Shown here: positions 1 to 9,538 of the stretch, piece by piece | How the letters are laid out: every line of letters starts with the position of its first letter | Numbering within the stretch: position 1 is the first letter of the stretch | Source of the DNA: Nitrospirota bacterium | GTDB lineage: Bacteria > Nitrospirota > UBA9217 | NCBI GenBank assembly: GCA_963845065.1 | Contig: CAWJQQ010000002.1 | Coordinates: 160,001-224,000 of the forward strand | Reading direction: 5' to 3' | DNA: 64,000 nucleotides | Notes under the pieces: model-generated | Seen by the model: the letters and a program-made list of their open reading frames with translations, nothing else | Databases searched by the model: none | Told to the model about the DNA's origin: nothing | Position numbers and translations under genes: made by a program

Positions 1-558
1 CCTGCTGCTGACATTGGATATTACAGCTTACAGCTACGCTGCAGAGATTCTAACCTTGAGCAGGCCATCATTAAAGCGCTCGATATTGACCCAGGGCTCA
101 AACAGCACGAGATAGCCCAGGGCATCAATATAATCTTCGCGAAGACAATCCATGTCGTGGACAACGAAACACCGTCAAGGGAAGTAGGAATATACCTGCT
201 CCCCATGCGACGTCGCAGCGTGGACAGCAAAATATTTCTTCTTGTCGCATGCTAACGTCGGCCAGGGAATGGACCGTGCATGCAGTGGATGTATAATAGC
301 CCGGAACGATCAGTTCTGGGATACCTTCCCGTCGTAATTTATCCGATGCCCTGCGAAGATACTGCCCCTTCGGTCCATTGTTAATCATCTTGTTTTGTGC
401 ACCACGACTGGTTCCTCTTCGCAGGCTTCGTTGGTGTCACGCTCTCGATTTTTGGCTTGACAGGATTCTACCTCATTAGTATTATACCTAGTGCCTTGAT
501 CCCCGCAAGCGGCGCAAGCGCTAGATGCATCGCAATCATTATTTGGAGGAATATTATC

Positions 559-753
559 ATGCCGTTTTATGAATATCGTTGTGAAGCTTGCTGCAAGGAC
601 TTCGTCCTCTTGCAGTCCATGAACACCAAGGCTGAAGACACGTCCTGTCCCTATTGCAGCGAAAAGAAAGCCAGGAAGCTCCTTTCCAAGTTTTCGTCGT
701 ACGCCGAAGGCTCGGTCTGCAGCACCGGGGGCCATTCCCGGGGAGGCGGTTGA
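559..753 (+). CDS. FmdB-family zinc-ribbon protein (possible C-terminal Sec read-through to TAA at 762)
   Basis: GGAGGA RBS at 545-550, then MPFYEYRCEAC...CPYC, matching the MPxYEYxCxxC...CPxC signature. Confidence 0.88.
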   Translation: MPFYEYRCEACCKDFVLLQSMNTKAEDTSCPYCSEKKARKLLSKFSSYAEGSVCSTGGHSRGGG

Positions 754-789
754 GGCGTTTAACGTCCCCCGTGAGCGGACAAAAACCCT

Positions 790-825
790 AAAGCCTGAGG
801 ATCCTGTGATTCTCAGGCTTTTTTT
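790..825 (+). terminator. Rho-independent terminator
   Basis: AAGCCTGAG..CTCAGGCTT stem followed by a T run. Confidence 0.8.
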
Positions 826-876
826 GCAGAAGTAATGCACGAAAAATATTTCATTGCACAGATCGCACTACTCATT

Positions 877-942
877 CGCCATTCCCGCGAAAAAGGAATC
901 CGGTTATTCCCATATTTTCTGATTCGAGTCAAGCCGGAATGA
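877..942. repeat. Degenerate REP/MITE-like palindromic element
   Basis: CATTCCCGCGAAAAAGGAATCC ... GATTCGAGTCAAGCCGGAATGA, resembling ATTCCC-N8-GGGAAT-type repeats. Confidence 0.45.
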
Positions 943-1004
943 TTTAGATCTAAAAGTGCATATCCCTGTGTCTGCATGAACAGCGTTTAGCGAACCCTCC
1001 GCAT

Positions 1005-1724
1005 ATGAATAAGTGGAACTTCCTCGACACGGGCTCCAATCTCGGCTCGTACAACATGGCCGTTGACGAAGAACTGCTCGGCCGCGCGCAGATGGGTGAT
1101 CGGGTCCCTGTGCTCCGGTTCTATGGCTGGAATCCTCCTACCGTTTCCCTCGGCAGGTTTCAAAAAATCGAAGAGGCTGTCAACATCGAAGCCTGCGGAC
1201 AGTGCGGCTTCGACATTGTGAGGCGAATCACCGGCGGCAGGGCCGTACTCCACCGCTATGAGCTTACCTACAGCGTTATCAGCAGAACCGACAATCCCCT
1301 TTTCCCGCCTAATGTCCACGGCACATATAAAGTCATCTCGGAAGGGCTCCTGGAAGGCCTTAGGAATCTCGGCATTTCAGCTGAAATCGTTTCCCGGGCG
1401 AGCCGTCATGCTCATCTCGTAGAAACGCGTGCGAAAGGTCCAGCCTGTTTTTCCTCCCCCTCATGGTACGAGATTGTAGTGAACGGAAAAAAGATCATCG
1501 GAAGCGCTCAGCGCAGGCTGTCCATTGCTTTTTTGCAGCACGGATCGATCCTGATCGATTATGATCCCCTGCTTGAAGCAGCAATCATTCCTGGCGGAGG
1601 AACGTCGTGCGCCATTACATCAATTCAACAGGAACTCAATAGAAATATCCTGCTTGCAGATATCAAGCAGGCTTTTCAGCAGGGATTTCAATCACGGCTC
1701 GAAATTGACTTTCAGCATTCATGA
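1005..1724 (+). CDS. Lipoate-protein ligase A / octanoyltransferase (LplA/LipM family)
   Basis: NMAVDEELL, LRFYGW, VRRITGGRAVLH, GKKIIGSAQRR and LQHGSI motifs. Confidence 0.9.
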   Translation: MNKWNFLDTGSNLGSYNMAVDEELLGRAQMGDRVPVLRFYGWNPPTVSLGRFQKIEEAVNIEACGQCGFDIVRRITGGRAVLHRYELTYSVISRTDNPLFPPNVHGTYKVISEGLLEGLRNLGISAEIVSRASRHAHLVETRAKGPACFSSPSWYEIVVNGKKIIGSAQRRLSIAFLQHGSILIDYDPLLEAAIIPGGGTSCAITSIQQELNRNILLADIKQAFQQGFQSRLEIDFQHS

Positions 1725-1854
1725 TGAGTTATCGCACAACCCATGGCGCGAATCTTACTTAGCATTGCTCTTCTGCTGACTGGAATACAGGGATGAATCT
1801 TGACCCGATGTCGCAATGAGAGTAAAATGGTGATGTGCTACTTGCTTCAAAGTT

Positions 1855-2178
1855 TTATATTTCCAACCACTCCTCAATGGTCATTGAGCCGAACCGCAAA
1901 AGCTTGATAACAGGGTGCTGGATGTCACTCAAAGAAACTGGGGAAAAAGGCTCTTCCAATAATTCAAACTCCACACGCTCGCAATATCCAAGGCAACTTC
2001 TCGGCGGAGGCGTGTTTAAGCTACCGCGCCATTCGGGATAACTCGCGGCACCAACTTCTTCTCTATCGTTGCCATTGGCGCCTCGGCAAGGGCACATGAA
2101 GCCTTTGAACAATTCTCCAGGAACATGCCTGAGGAAAGTGATATGGCCTTTGCGATACCAAAGACGGTCATTGTTCAA
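1855..2178 (-). CDS. Hypothetical protein (start uncertain)
   Basis: 107-aa ORF filling the intergenic gap; no recognised motif. Confidence 0.3.
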   Translation of the reverse strand: MNNDRLWYRKGHITFLRHVPGELFKGFMCPCRGANGNDREEVGAASYPEWRGSLNTPPPRSCLGYCERVEFELLEEPFSPVSLSDIQHPVIKLLRFGSMTIEEWLEI

Positions 2179-2369
2179 GAGGAAAACAGCATGAGCGCCA
2201 GGCCGCGCGCTTCATCCCGACGACAAGGATAGGTTTACGATTTGTTGTCTTAGGTTTCATCCTGATCGGTTTCTTAACATATCCGGTAGAGTGCGCGTGG
2301 GCTCATGGCCACTGACCGAGCCGTCGTTCACCATAAAAGAAACATCGGATTTCCTTAAATTCCTTAACT

Positions 2370-4670
2370 ATGTCATTTAAAACAAAACTGACCATGCTCT
2401 TTGCCGCATTCACGCTGATCTCGCTCGTGCTGTTCGGCGCCGTCATCTTTTCACAAACAGACAAGACGCTGGTGACCGTCCGGCTTGCGCAGTTGAACAA
2501 TCTCGCGGACCTGAAGAAAGACAAGATTGAGACGTTCTTTAATGAACGGAAAACAAATCTTAAATCGGCCCAGTATTATCTAAATATCAAACGCAACCTG
2601 CCCATACTTATCAGCCTTAGACTGGGAGGCAGCGATCCCGAATATATTAAAGCAATGAAGGAATTGGACGGCCAGTTGAAACCTTACCAGGCCGCCCATG
2701 GATTCTTGGATGTCATGCTCACGGACCGCAATGGCCGTATTGTCTATGTCAGTAACGATACGCAGCGTGCAGAATACCTGAGTCAAATGCTCCCAGACAG
2801 GCATATGGTAGAAGAAGGCAAAAAAAACATTTATTTTTCCGATGTTATTCTCGAGCAGAGGAAGGGGAACACGTTCGAAATGTTCGGCGTAGCCCCGATA
2901 ACAAAATTAAATGGGAGTTTCATCGGAGAGGTCGTTATTGAGATCGATATGGATCCCATTTACAAGTTCATCCATTACAGCGCCGGGCTCGGCGAAACCG
3001 GAGAGGCCTTGATCGATCGCAAGGAAGGAAACGAGGTACTATTCTTAAGCCCTCTTCGCACTGATCCGGAGGCCGCATTAAAAAAGAAGATTCCTTTTAA
3101 TGAAAGGGTGGCGCTAGCCGCGCAGAAGGCCGCCCTAGGAGAAACCGGATCGGGGATTACCTATGATTACGGGGGAACGAAAGTGCTGGCCGCCTGGAGA
3201 TACATCCCATCCCTGCGCTGGGGGCTGGTGACAAAGATCAACGCCGAGGAAGCTCTAGCACCGATCAGTAGTTTAAAAATCATCGTTATTACTGTAGGGG
3301 CCTTCATCATATTCGTCGGCGTTTTGGCGGCCGCGGCAATTGCAAGAAGTATAGCGAAACCGATCTTATCCCTGCAGCGGGGAACGGAAATAATCGGCAG
3401 TGGTAATTTTGATTATAAAGTGGGGACAGACGCAAAGGATGAGGTGGGACAACTCTCGAGACTCATCGATTCCATGACCGAAAATTTAAAAATGGTTACG
3501 GCATCACGAGATGAGCTAAACAAGGAAATTGCCGAGCGAAAAGATGCTGAGAAAAACCTGCGGGAAAGCGAGGCGCGATTCCGCCTTATGGTAAAGAGCG
3601 TGAAAGACTACGCGATTATCATGCTCGACGCGGAAGGCAATGTAGTTAACTGGAACGAGGGAGCGGCACGAATAAAGGGCTACGCTCCGGACGAAATAAT
3701 CGGTAAGCACTTTTCGTGCTTCTACACCGAGGAAGATAAGCTCAGCGGGAAACCCGCCCGAGAAATTAACGAAGCAGCTGAAAAGGGGAGCTTTGAGGAT
3801 GAAGGTATCAGGGTCCGCAAGGACGGATCGCACTTTGTTGCAACTGTGACCATTACGGCATTGAAAAACGATGTCGGGAAGCTGCAAGGCTTCTCGAAGG
3901 TCACTCGTGACATCACCGAACGCAAGAAGGCGGAGGAAGAAATCAGAAAGCTGAACAGGGATTTAGAGGCACGCGTCGTCAAACGCACAGCCGAGCTGGA
4001 AAATTCCAACAAGGAACTTGAGGCCTTCGCCTATTCCGTCTCACATGATCTGCGAACGCCGCTCCGGAGCATCGAAGGATTCAGTCATGCGCTTCTCGAA
4101 GATTATGCCGATAAGCTTGATCAGACAGGCAAGGACTACCTTGAACGAGTCCGGAACGCAACCGTGCGCATGGGGCAGATCATTGACGACCTGCTGAAGT
4201 TATCCCGCGTTACGCGCAGTGAAATGAACCGCAAACGGGTGAACCTGAGTGCCATTGTTAAGAGCATTGCAGAAAGCCTGCATCACAACCACCCGGAGCG
4301 GAACGCGCAATTCATGATAGTCGACGACCTCACGGCATACGGCGATGAGCGTCTTCTCACAGTGGCCCTTGAGAACTTGATATCGAACGCGTGGAAATTT
4401 AGTGAAAAAGCCATCCCGAGTGTGATAGAATTCGGAGTTACCCAAAAAGACGGCAACCGCGCATACTTCGTAAAGGACAACGGGGCCGGTTTTGACATGA
4501 CCTATGCAGGCAAGCTCTTCAGCGCTTTCCAGCGGCTGCACAAGAATGAGGAATTTCCGGGCACCGGAATTGGCTTGGCCACGGTCAAACGCATTATCAG
4601 CCGGCACGGAGGAAGCGTCTGGATCGAAGCCGCGCCGGGAAAAGGTGCGACGGCATTCTTTACGTTATAG
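2370..4670 (+). CDS. Membrane sensor histidine kinase (Cache-like, HAMP, PAS, HisKA, HATPase)
   Basis: Two TM segments, HAMP (DEVGQL), PAS, H-box YSVSHDLRTPL, DNGAGF and GTGIGL. Confidence 0.93.
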   Translation: MSFKTKLTMLFAAFTLISLVLFGAVIFSQTDKTLVTVRLAQLNNLADLKKDKIETFFNERKTNLKSAQYYLNIKRNLPILISLRLGGSDPEYIKAMKELDGQLKPYQAAHGFLDVMLTDRNGRIVYVSNDTQRAEYLSQMLPDRHMVEEGKKNIYFSDVILEQRKGNTFEMFGVAPITKLNGSFIGEVVIEIDMDPIYKFIHYSAGLGETGEALIDRKEGNEVLFLSPLRTDPEAALKKKIPFNERVALAAQKAALGETGSGITYDYGGTKVLAAWRYIPSLRWGLVTKINAEEALAPISSLKIIVITVGAFIIFVGVLAAAAIARSIAKPILSLQRGTEIIGSGNFDYKVGTDAKDEVGQLSRLIDSMTENLKMVTASRDELNKEIAERKDAEKNLRESEARFRLMVKSVKDYAIIMLDAEGNVVNWNEGAARIKGYAPDEIIGKHFSCFYTEEDKLSGKPAREINEAAEKGSFEDEGIRVRKDGSHFVATVTITALKNDVGKLQGFSKVTRDITERKKAEEEIRKLNRDLEARVVKRTAELENSNKELEAFAYSVSHDLRTPLRSIEGFSHALLEDYADKLDQTGKDYLERVRNATVRMGQIIDDLLKLSRVTRSEMNRKRVNLSAIVKSIAESLHHNHPERNAQFMIVDDLTAYGDERLLTVALENLISNAWKFSEKAIPSVIEFGVTQKDGNRAYFVKDNGAGFDMTYAGKLFSAFQRLHKNEEFPGTGIGLATVKRIISRHGGSVWIEAAPGKGATAFFTL

Positions 4671-4751
4671 ATAAAAATAGTTGATTTCTCGTTCAATATT
4701 ATAACAAGAAACTTGAATGAATAACGTATACCAATCCTGGTGGGAGGATCG

Positions 4752-5183
4752 ATGAAAGACAAGGTAATTCTATTAGCTGAAGACAATCCCGACGACGTTC
4801 AACTAACGCTCCGGGCCCTCAAGAAAAGCAAGATCATGAATGAAGTGGTGGTGGCGCAGGACGGTGTCGAGGCCATGGAATATCTGTTCGGCACGGGCAA
4901 GTACGCAGGACGTGACACGAAGATCCTGCCCCAGGTGTTCCTCCTGGATCTGAAGATGCCCAGGATGGACGGACTCGAATTGCTGCAGCGCATACGTAGC
5001 GATGAGAGGACAAAATTGCTCCCGGTCGTTGTGCTCACGACATCGAGCGAGGATAAGGACCGCGTAGAAAGTTACAAGTTTGGCGCAAACAGCTATGTCA
5101 GAAAGCCTGTGGACTTCAATCAGTTCGCGCAAGCCGTACACCAGCTCGGGCTGTACTGGCTGGTATTGAACGAAACGCCCTGA
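4752..5183 (+). CDS. Single-domain response regulator (Rcp1-like)
   Basis: LLAEDNPDD, LLDLKMP, VVLTTS, GANSYVRKP; ATG at 4752 after GGAGG. Confidence 0.92.
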   Translation: MKDKVILLAEDNPDDVQLTLRALKKSKIMNEVVVAQDGVEAMEYLFGTGKYAGRDTKILPQVFLLDLKMPRMDGLELLQRIRSDERTKLLPVVVLTTSSEDKDRVESYKFGANSYVRKPVDFNQFAQAVHQLGLYWLVLNETP

Positions 5184-5226
5184 CCACTCTCCATGGTTGA
5201 AACCAGGGGTATTTCGCGAAAACCCG
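5180..5226 (-). mobile_element. Miniature IS605-derived single-hairpin element
   Basis: CTGA-CCACTCTCCATGGTTGAAACCAGGGG...CG|GCAA combines the right-end and left-end flanks of the larger IS605 elements in this window. Confidence 0.6.
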
Positions 5227-5305
5227 GCAATAAGACTGTTTTCTTTTTTAATGTTCTTAGCCTTGATTTAACTCACTCAATGAACGAAAATCTTTTTTTG
5301 CAATA

Positions 5306-8300
5306 ATGCCCAAACCACTGCACATATTGATCGTCGAGGATTCCGAGGACGATTCCCTCCTGCTGATCCGAGAGCTGCGGCGCGCAGGCTATGAACCCGT
5401 ATACGAACTCGTTGAAACGCCGGAAACCATGCGCGCTGCGCTGGCGCGGAAGCATTGGGACATCATCGTTTCCGACTACCTCATGCCGCACTTCAGCGGC
5501 CTTGCAGCGTTGGAGCTCCTTAAGAGCACCGGTCTTGACCTGCCGTTCATCATAGTATCGGGCAACATCGGCGAGGACATCGCCGTCGAGGCCATGAGAG
5601 CCGGTGCCCATGACTATATCATTAAGGGCAGCCTTGCCAGACTCAGCCCCGCGGTGGAGCGGGAACTGCGCGAAGCGGAAACGCGGCGTAACCGTAAGCA
5701 GACGGAAGACCAACTCGATCAATCGCGCCGACGTCTTGTGGAAACGCTTGAAACTATCAACGAAGGTTTTTTCACGCTCGACAACGACTGGCGATTCACC
5801 TATGTGAACAACGAAGCGTCCGAGATGTGGGGGAAAGACAAACGGGACTTGATCGGTACAACTCTGTGGGACCTCGCGCCACGATCTGAGGGCTCCCCGT
5901 TCGAAGAACGGTACCGGAAGGTCATGAAAGAACGGGTTCCTGTCCGGTTCGAGGCTATCTCGCCATTGCTCGGAGTTTGGGTCGAAGTGCGCGCTCATCC
6001 GAGTGAGGACGGCATCGCCGTCTATTTTCACAACATCGCTGACCGCAAAAAAGCAGAAGAAGACATATCCCGCCTGAACCGGCTATACTCCGTCCTCAGC
6101 AAGGCGAACGAAGCAATCGTACGGATCAACGATATCCAAAAACTATACGAAAAGGTATGCCGCATAGCAATCGAAGACGGCGGTTTTAAAATGGCCTGGA
6201 TCGGCTTGGCCGACCCGGCAACGAAAAGGATCATCCCCGCTGAAAGCTGCGGGGACAATGGCGGATACCTGAAGGATATTAACGTCGTTGCTGATGATGT
6301 CCCGGAAGGCCGGGGGCCAACAGGCCGGGCCGTGGTCGAGGGGAAATACGAGATCAGCAGCGATATAGAGCATGATCTCATCATGCTTCCTTGGCGCGAC
6401 AAGGCGCTGCGGCATGGCTTCCGCACATCGGCCGCGTTCCCGCTACGCTCCCGTGGGGAAGTCATCGGCGCTTTAACCGTGTACGGGGACCAACCCCGGT
6501 CCTTTTTGAACGAGGAAATCATACTCCTGTCGTCTCTCGCCGAAGACATCTCGCATGCCGTCGACTCCCTGTCTAATGAAAAGCTGCGGAATGATGCTGA
6601 AAAGAGAACGGAGGTCACCAACGCCCTGCTCAAGCTTTTCACGCAGAAGTACTCGCGCAAGGAATATCTGGATGCCGCCTGCGGGTTAGTCCGCGAATGG
6701 AGCGGCATGCGCCGCGTGGGCGTACGGCTGTTGCGTGAGGACAACCATATCCCCTTTGAGTCCTGCGAGGGATACGACGACACGTTCCTGGAAGAGGAAG
6801 ACACCCTGTCGCTCGAGCAGGACCGATGCGTCTGTATGCGAATCGTAGATGGATCACCGGTGGACTCTGACCGCTTCGCCATGACGCCGAACGGCTCGTT
6901 TTTCTCAGGCAATGCGATCAAGTTCACAGATGGTCTTAATGTCGCAGAACGCTCTCAATACCGTGGCGTTTGCATGAAGAACGGATTCAAATCGCTCGCC
7001 GTCGTCCCCATCCGGCATCGCGAAAGTCCCATCGGAGCGATCCACTTAGCCGATGAGCGTGAGGGCATTGTGCACCTCCAGAACGTGGAATTCCTGGAAC
7101 ACCTGGCGAACATCATCGGAGAAGCGCTCTTGCGATTCAATATGGAAGATGACCTGCGCAAGAACTTCGATACGCTGCAGAGAACGTCCGAGCTCCTTGA
7201 ACGGTTTTTCTCCACTACGCACATGCTCGTCGCGTACATGGACCGGGACTTCAACTTTATCCGCGTGAACCGGGCCTATGCTGAGGCAGGCTACTCCACT
7301 TCGGATTTTTACATCGGGAAAAACCATTTCAGCCTCTATCCCAATGTGGAAAACGAGGAGATATTCCGGCGTGTCGTGGAAACCGGCGAGCCATTTCTGG
7401 CGTTCGAGAAGCTTTTCACCTTCACCGAGCGGCCCGAGCTTGAAGTTTCCTACTGGGACTGGAACGTGCTCCCGGTGAAGGAAGCCGACGGCCGGGTGAG
7501 CGGGATCATTTTCACGCTCGTCAACGTCACCCCGCGCAAGCGCGCGGAAGACGAACTGAGGCAATCCCTTGCCTACAACCGGAGCCTGATCGAGGCAAGC
7601 CTCGATCCGCTGGTCACCATCGGCCCCAGGGGCCAGATCATTGACGTGAATGCCGCTACCGAAATGGCGACCGGTCTTCTGCGGGATGAACTCATCGGCA
7701 CCGATTTCTCAGAATATTTCACGGAGCCTGCCAAGGCGCGTTCCGGTAACTTGAAGGTGTTCCGCGAAGGCAAGGTCAGGGACTACGCTCTCGAGATGCG
7801 ACATCGCGACGGCCGGGTGACGCCGGTCCTGTACAACGCCTCCACCTACCGGGACGATGCCGGAAATATTCTCGGCATCTTTGCCGCAGCCCGCGACGTC
7901 ACCGAACTCAAGGAAGCCGAACGACGCACGTCGATCACGAACAGTCTCCTGCAGTTGTACACGCAGACTTACTCCCGCAAGAGCTATCTGGATGCGGCCG
8001 TCGAGATTATCCGTTCCTTGTGCAGCTGCCGCAACGCGGGCATCCGGGTCAAGGACCGGGATGAGCGTGTTCCTTATATAACTTGCTCCGGGTTCGACAG
8101 CTCTTTCATCGAATCGGAGAGCAGGCTGTCGCTCGCCGAGGACCATTGCGCGTGCACGCGGGTCATCTCGGGAGTGCTAGACCCGGCGGACGCCACCGCA
8201 ACGACGTTGCATGGATCGCTCTACTATAACAGCGCCATAGGGTTCCTGGACAACCTGCCAGAGTCGCAAAAAAATAGGTACCGGGGCATCTGCCAGCAGA

Positions 8301-9538
8301 GGGGGTTCAACTCCATTGTCGTGGTCCCTGTCCGCTACCGGGACACGATCCTCGGCGCCATCCATCTCGCCGACGAGCGGGAGGGAATGTTTCCCCTCCA
8401 AACCGTCGAGTTCCTGGAGCGCATAGCGCTTATTATCGGGGAAGCGCTCTACCGGTTCAGCATCGAAGAACAACAAGTACGCCTTGCTTCAGCCGTGGAA
8501 TCCACGGCCGAAGCCGTCGTGATCACTGATACGACAGCCGGAAAGATTCAGTACGTCAACTCAGCATTCGAACACATTACAGGGTATACTAAAGAAGAAG
8601 TCATTGGAAAAACCCTCCATCTCCTGGACAGCGGAAGATATACCAGCGAGTTTTACGCGGGACTCAGGGAAACGCTCGCGCGCGAAGGCGTGTGGCGGGG
8701 ACTCATGTTGAACAAAAGAAAGGACGGGACCCCGTACTATGAGGACTGTACGATTTCCCCGGTATGGGGGTCTTCGGGCGAGTTGCTGAATTTCGTTTCC
8801 CTCAAGCGCGACGTGACGGAAAAAATAAGGCTGGAGTCCATTGCCGAGTCGGTCAGCACTATGGACAGCATCGGGTATATATTCTCGGGCGTGCGGCATG
8901 AGATCGGGAATCCCATCAATTCCATCAATATGATCCTCGGCCTCATGAAGGCTAAATTGCCCACGCTGTCTCAGGAAGCCATCGTCGACTATCTAGACCG
9001 GATAATCGGCCAGGTCAGTCGCGTGGAATTTCTGCTGCGTTCACTTAAGACCTTCAACATGTTCGAAAGCCAGGAGCCGCAGGATCTGCAAATCGCATCG
9101 TTCATGGAACAGTTCCTGCCCCTTGTCAGGGGCGATTTCGCAAAAAAGGGGATAGAGCTCGACCTGAAGCTGAATGAGCATGCTGAGATGCTCCGTGCCG
9201 ATCCGCGGGCGCTCCAGCAGGTGCTATTGAACCTTTTGACCAACGCTTCGGACGCCGTAACCGACATTAAACACCCGAAGGTAGTCCTTGGCGTGTTCAA
9301 GTCGGGCGGCATGGTCCACATCCAGGTGGAGGACAACGGGTGCGGGATCCCAGAAGATAAAATGAAGGACATATTCAAGCCTTTTTATACTACCAAGGCC
9401 AAGGGCACTGGGCTCGGGCTCGTGATCGTCAAAAAAATGCTCACAAATATGAATGGCACAATCGAGCTTGAAAGCCGGATGGAGCAGGGGACACTAGTGA
9501 CAATTTCGCTTCCCGAGGGAAAGCATGAGCAGAAGTAA
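5306..9538 (+). CDS. Hybrid REC-PAS-GAF-GAF-PAS-PAS-GAF-PAS histidine kinase
   Basis: N-terminal receiver (LIVEDSEDD, SDYLMP), multiple PAS/GAF segments, HEIGNP H-box, DNGCGI and GTGLGL. Confidence 0.92.
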   Translation: MPKPLHILIVEDSEDDSLLLIRELRRAGYEPVYELVETPETMRAALARKHWDIIVSDYLMPHFSGLAALELLKSTGLDLPFIIVSGNIGEDIAVEAMRAGAHDYIIKGSLARLSPAVERELREAETRRNRKQTEDQLDQSRRRLVETLETINEGFFTLDNDWRFTYVNNEASEMWGKDKRDLIGTTLWDLAPRSEGSPFEERYRKVMKERVPVRFEAISPLLGVWVEVRAHPSEDGIAVYFHNIADRKKAEEDISRLNRLYSVLSKANEAIVRINDIQKLYEKVCRIAIEDGGFKMAWIGLADPATKRIIPAESCGDNGGYLKDINVVADDVPEGRGPTGRAVVEGKYEISSDIEHDLIMLPWRDKALRHGFRTSAAFPLRSRGEVIGALTVYGDQPRSFLNEEIILLSSLAEDISHAVDSLSNEKLRNDAEKRTEVTNALLKLFTQKYSRKEYLDAACGLVREWSGMRRVGVRLLREDNHIPFESCEGYDDTFLEEEDTLSLEQDRCVCMRIVDGSPVDSDRFAMTPNGSFFSGNAIKFTDGLNVAERSQYRGVCMKNGFKSLAVVPIRHRESPIGAIHLADEREGIVHLQNVEFLEHLANIIGEALLRFNMEDDLRKNFDTLQRTSELLERFFSTTHMLVAYMDRDFNFIRVNRAYAEAGYSTSDFYIGKNHFSLYPNVENEEIFRRVVETGEPFLAFEKLFTFTERPELEVSYWDWNVLPVKEADGRVSGIIFTLVNVTPRKRAEDELRQSLAYNRSLIEASLDPLVTIGPRGQIIDVNAATEMATGLLRDELIGTDFSEYFTEPAKARSGNLKVFREGKVRDYALEMRHRDGRVTPVLYNASTYRDDAGNILGIFAAARDVTELKEAERRTSITNSLLQLYTQTYSRKSYLDAAVEIIRSLCSCRNAGIRVKDRDERVPYITCSGFDSSFIESESRLSLAEDHCACTRVISGVLDPADATATTLHGSLYYNSAIGFLDNLPESQKNRYRGICQQRGFNSIVVVPVRYRDTILGAIHLADEREGMFPLQTVEFLERIALIIGEALYRFSIEEQQVRLASAVESTAEAVVITDTTAGKIQYVNSAFEHITGYTKEEVIGKTLHLLDSGRYTSEFYAGLRETLAREGVWRGLMLNKRKDGTPYYEDCTISPVWGSSGELLNFVSLKRDVTEKIRLESIAESVSTMDSIGYIFSGVRHEIGNPINSINMILGLMKAKLPTLSQEAIVDYLDRIIGQVSRVEFLLRSLKTFNMFESQEPQDLQIASFMEQFLPLVRGDFAKKGIELDLKLNEHAEMLRADPRALQQVLLNLLTNASDAVTDIKHPKVVLGVFKSGGMVHIQVEDNGCGIPEDKMKDIFKPFYTTKAKGTGLGLVIVKKMLTNMNGTIELESRMEQGTLVTISLPEGKHEQK

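Noticed and set aside
397..558. Upstream extension of the zinc-ribbon ORF in the ORF track
   Set aside because: The family motif and a strong RBS place the start at 559.
6028..6927. 299-aa minus-strand ORF
   Set aside because: It is Ser/Arg-rich and antisense to the hybrid kinase.
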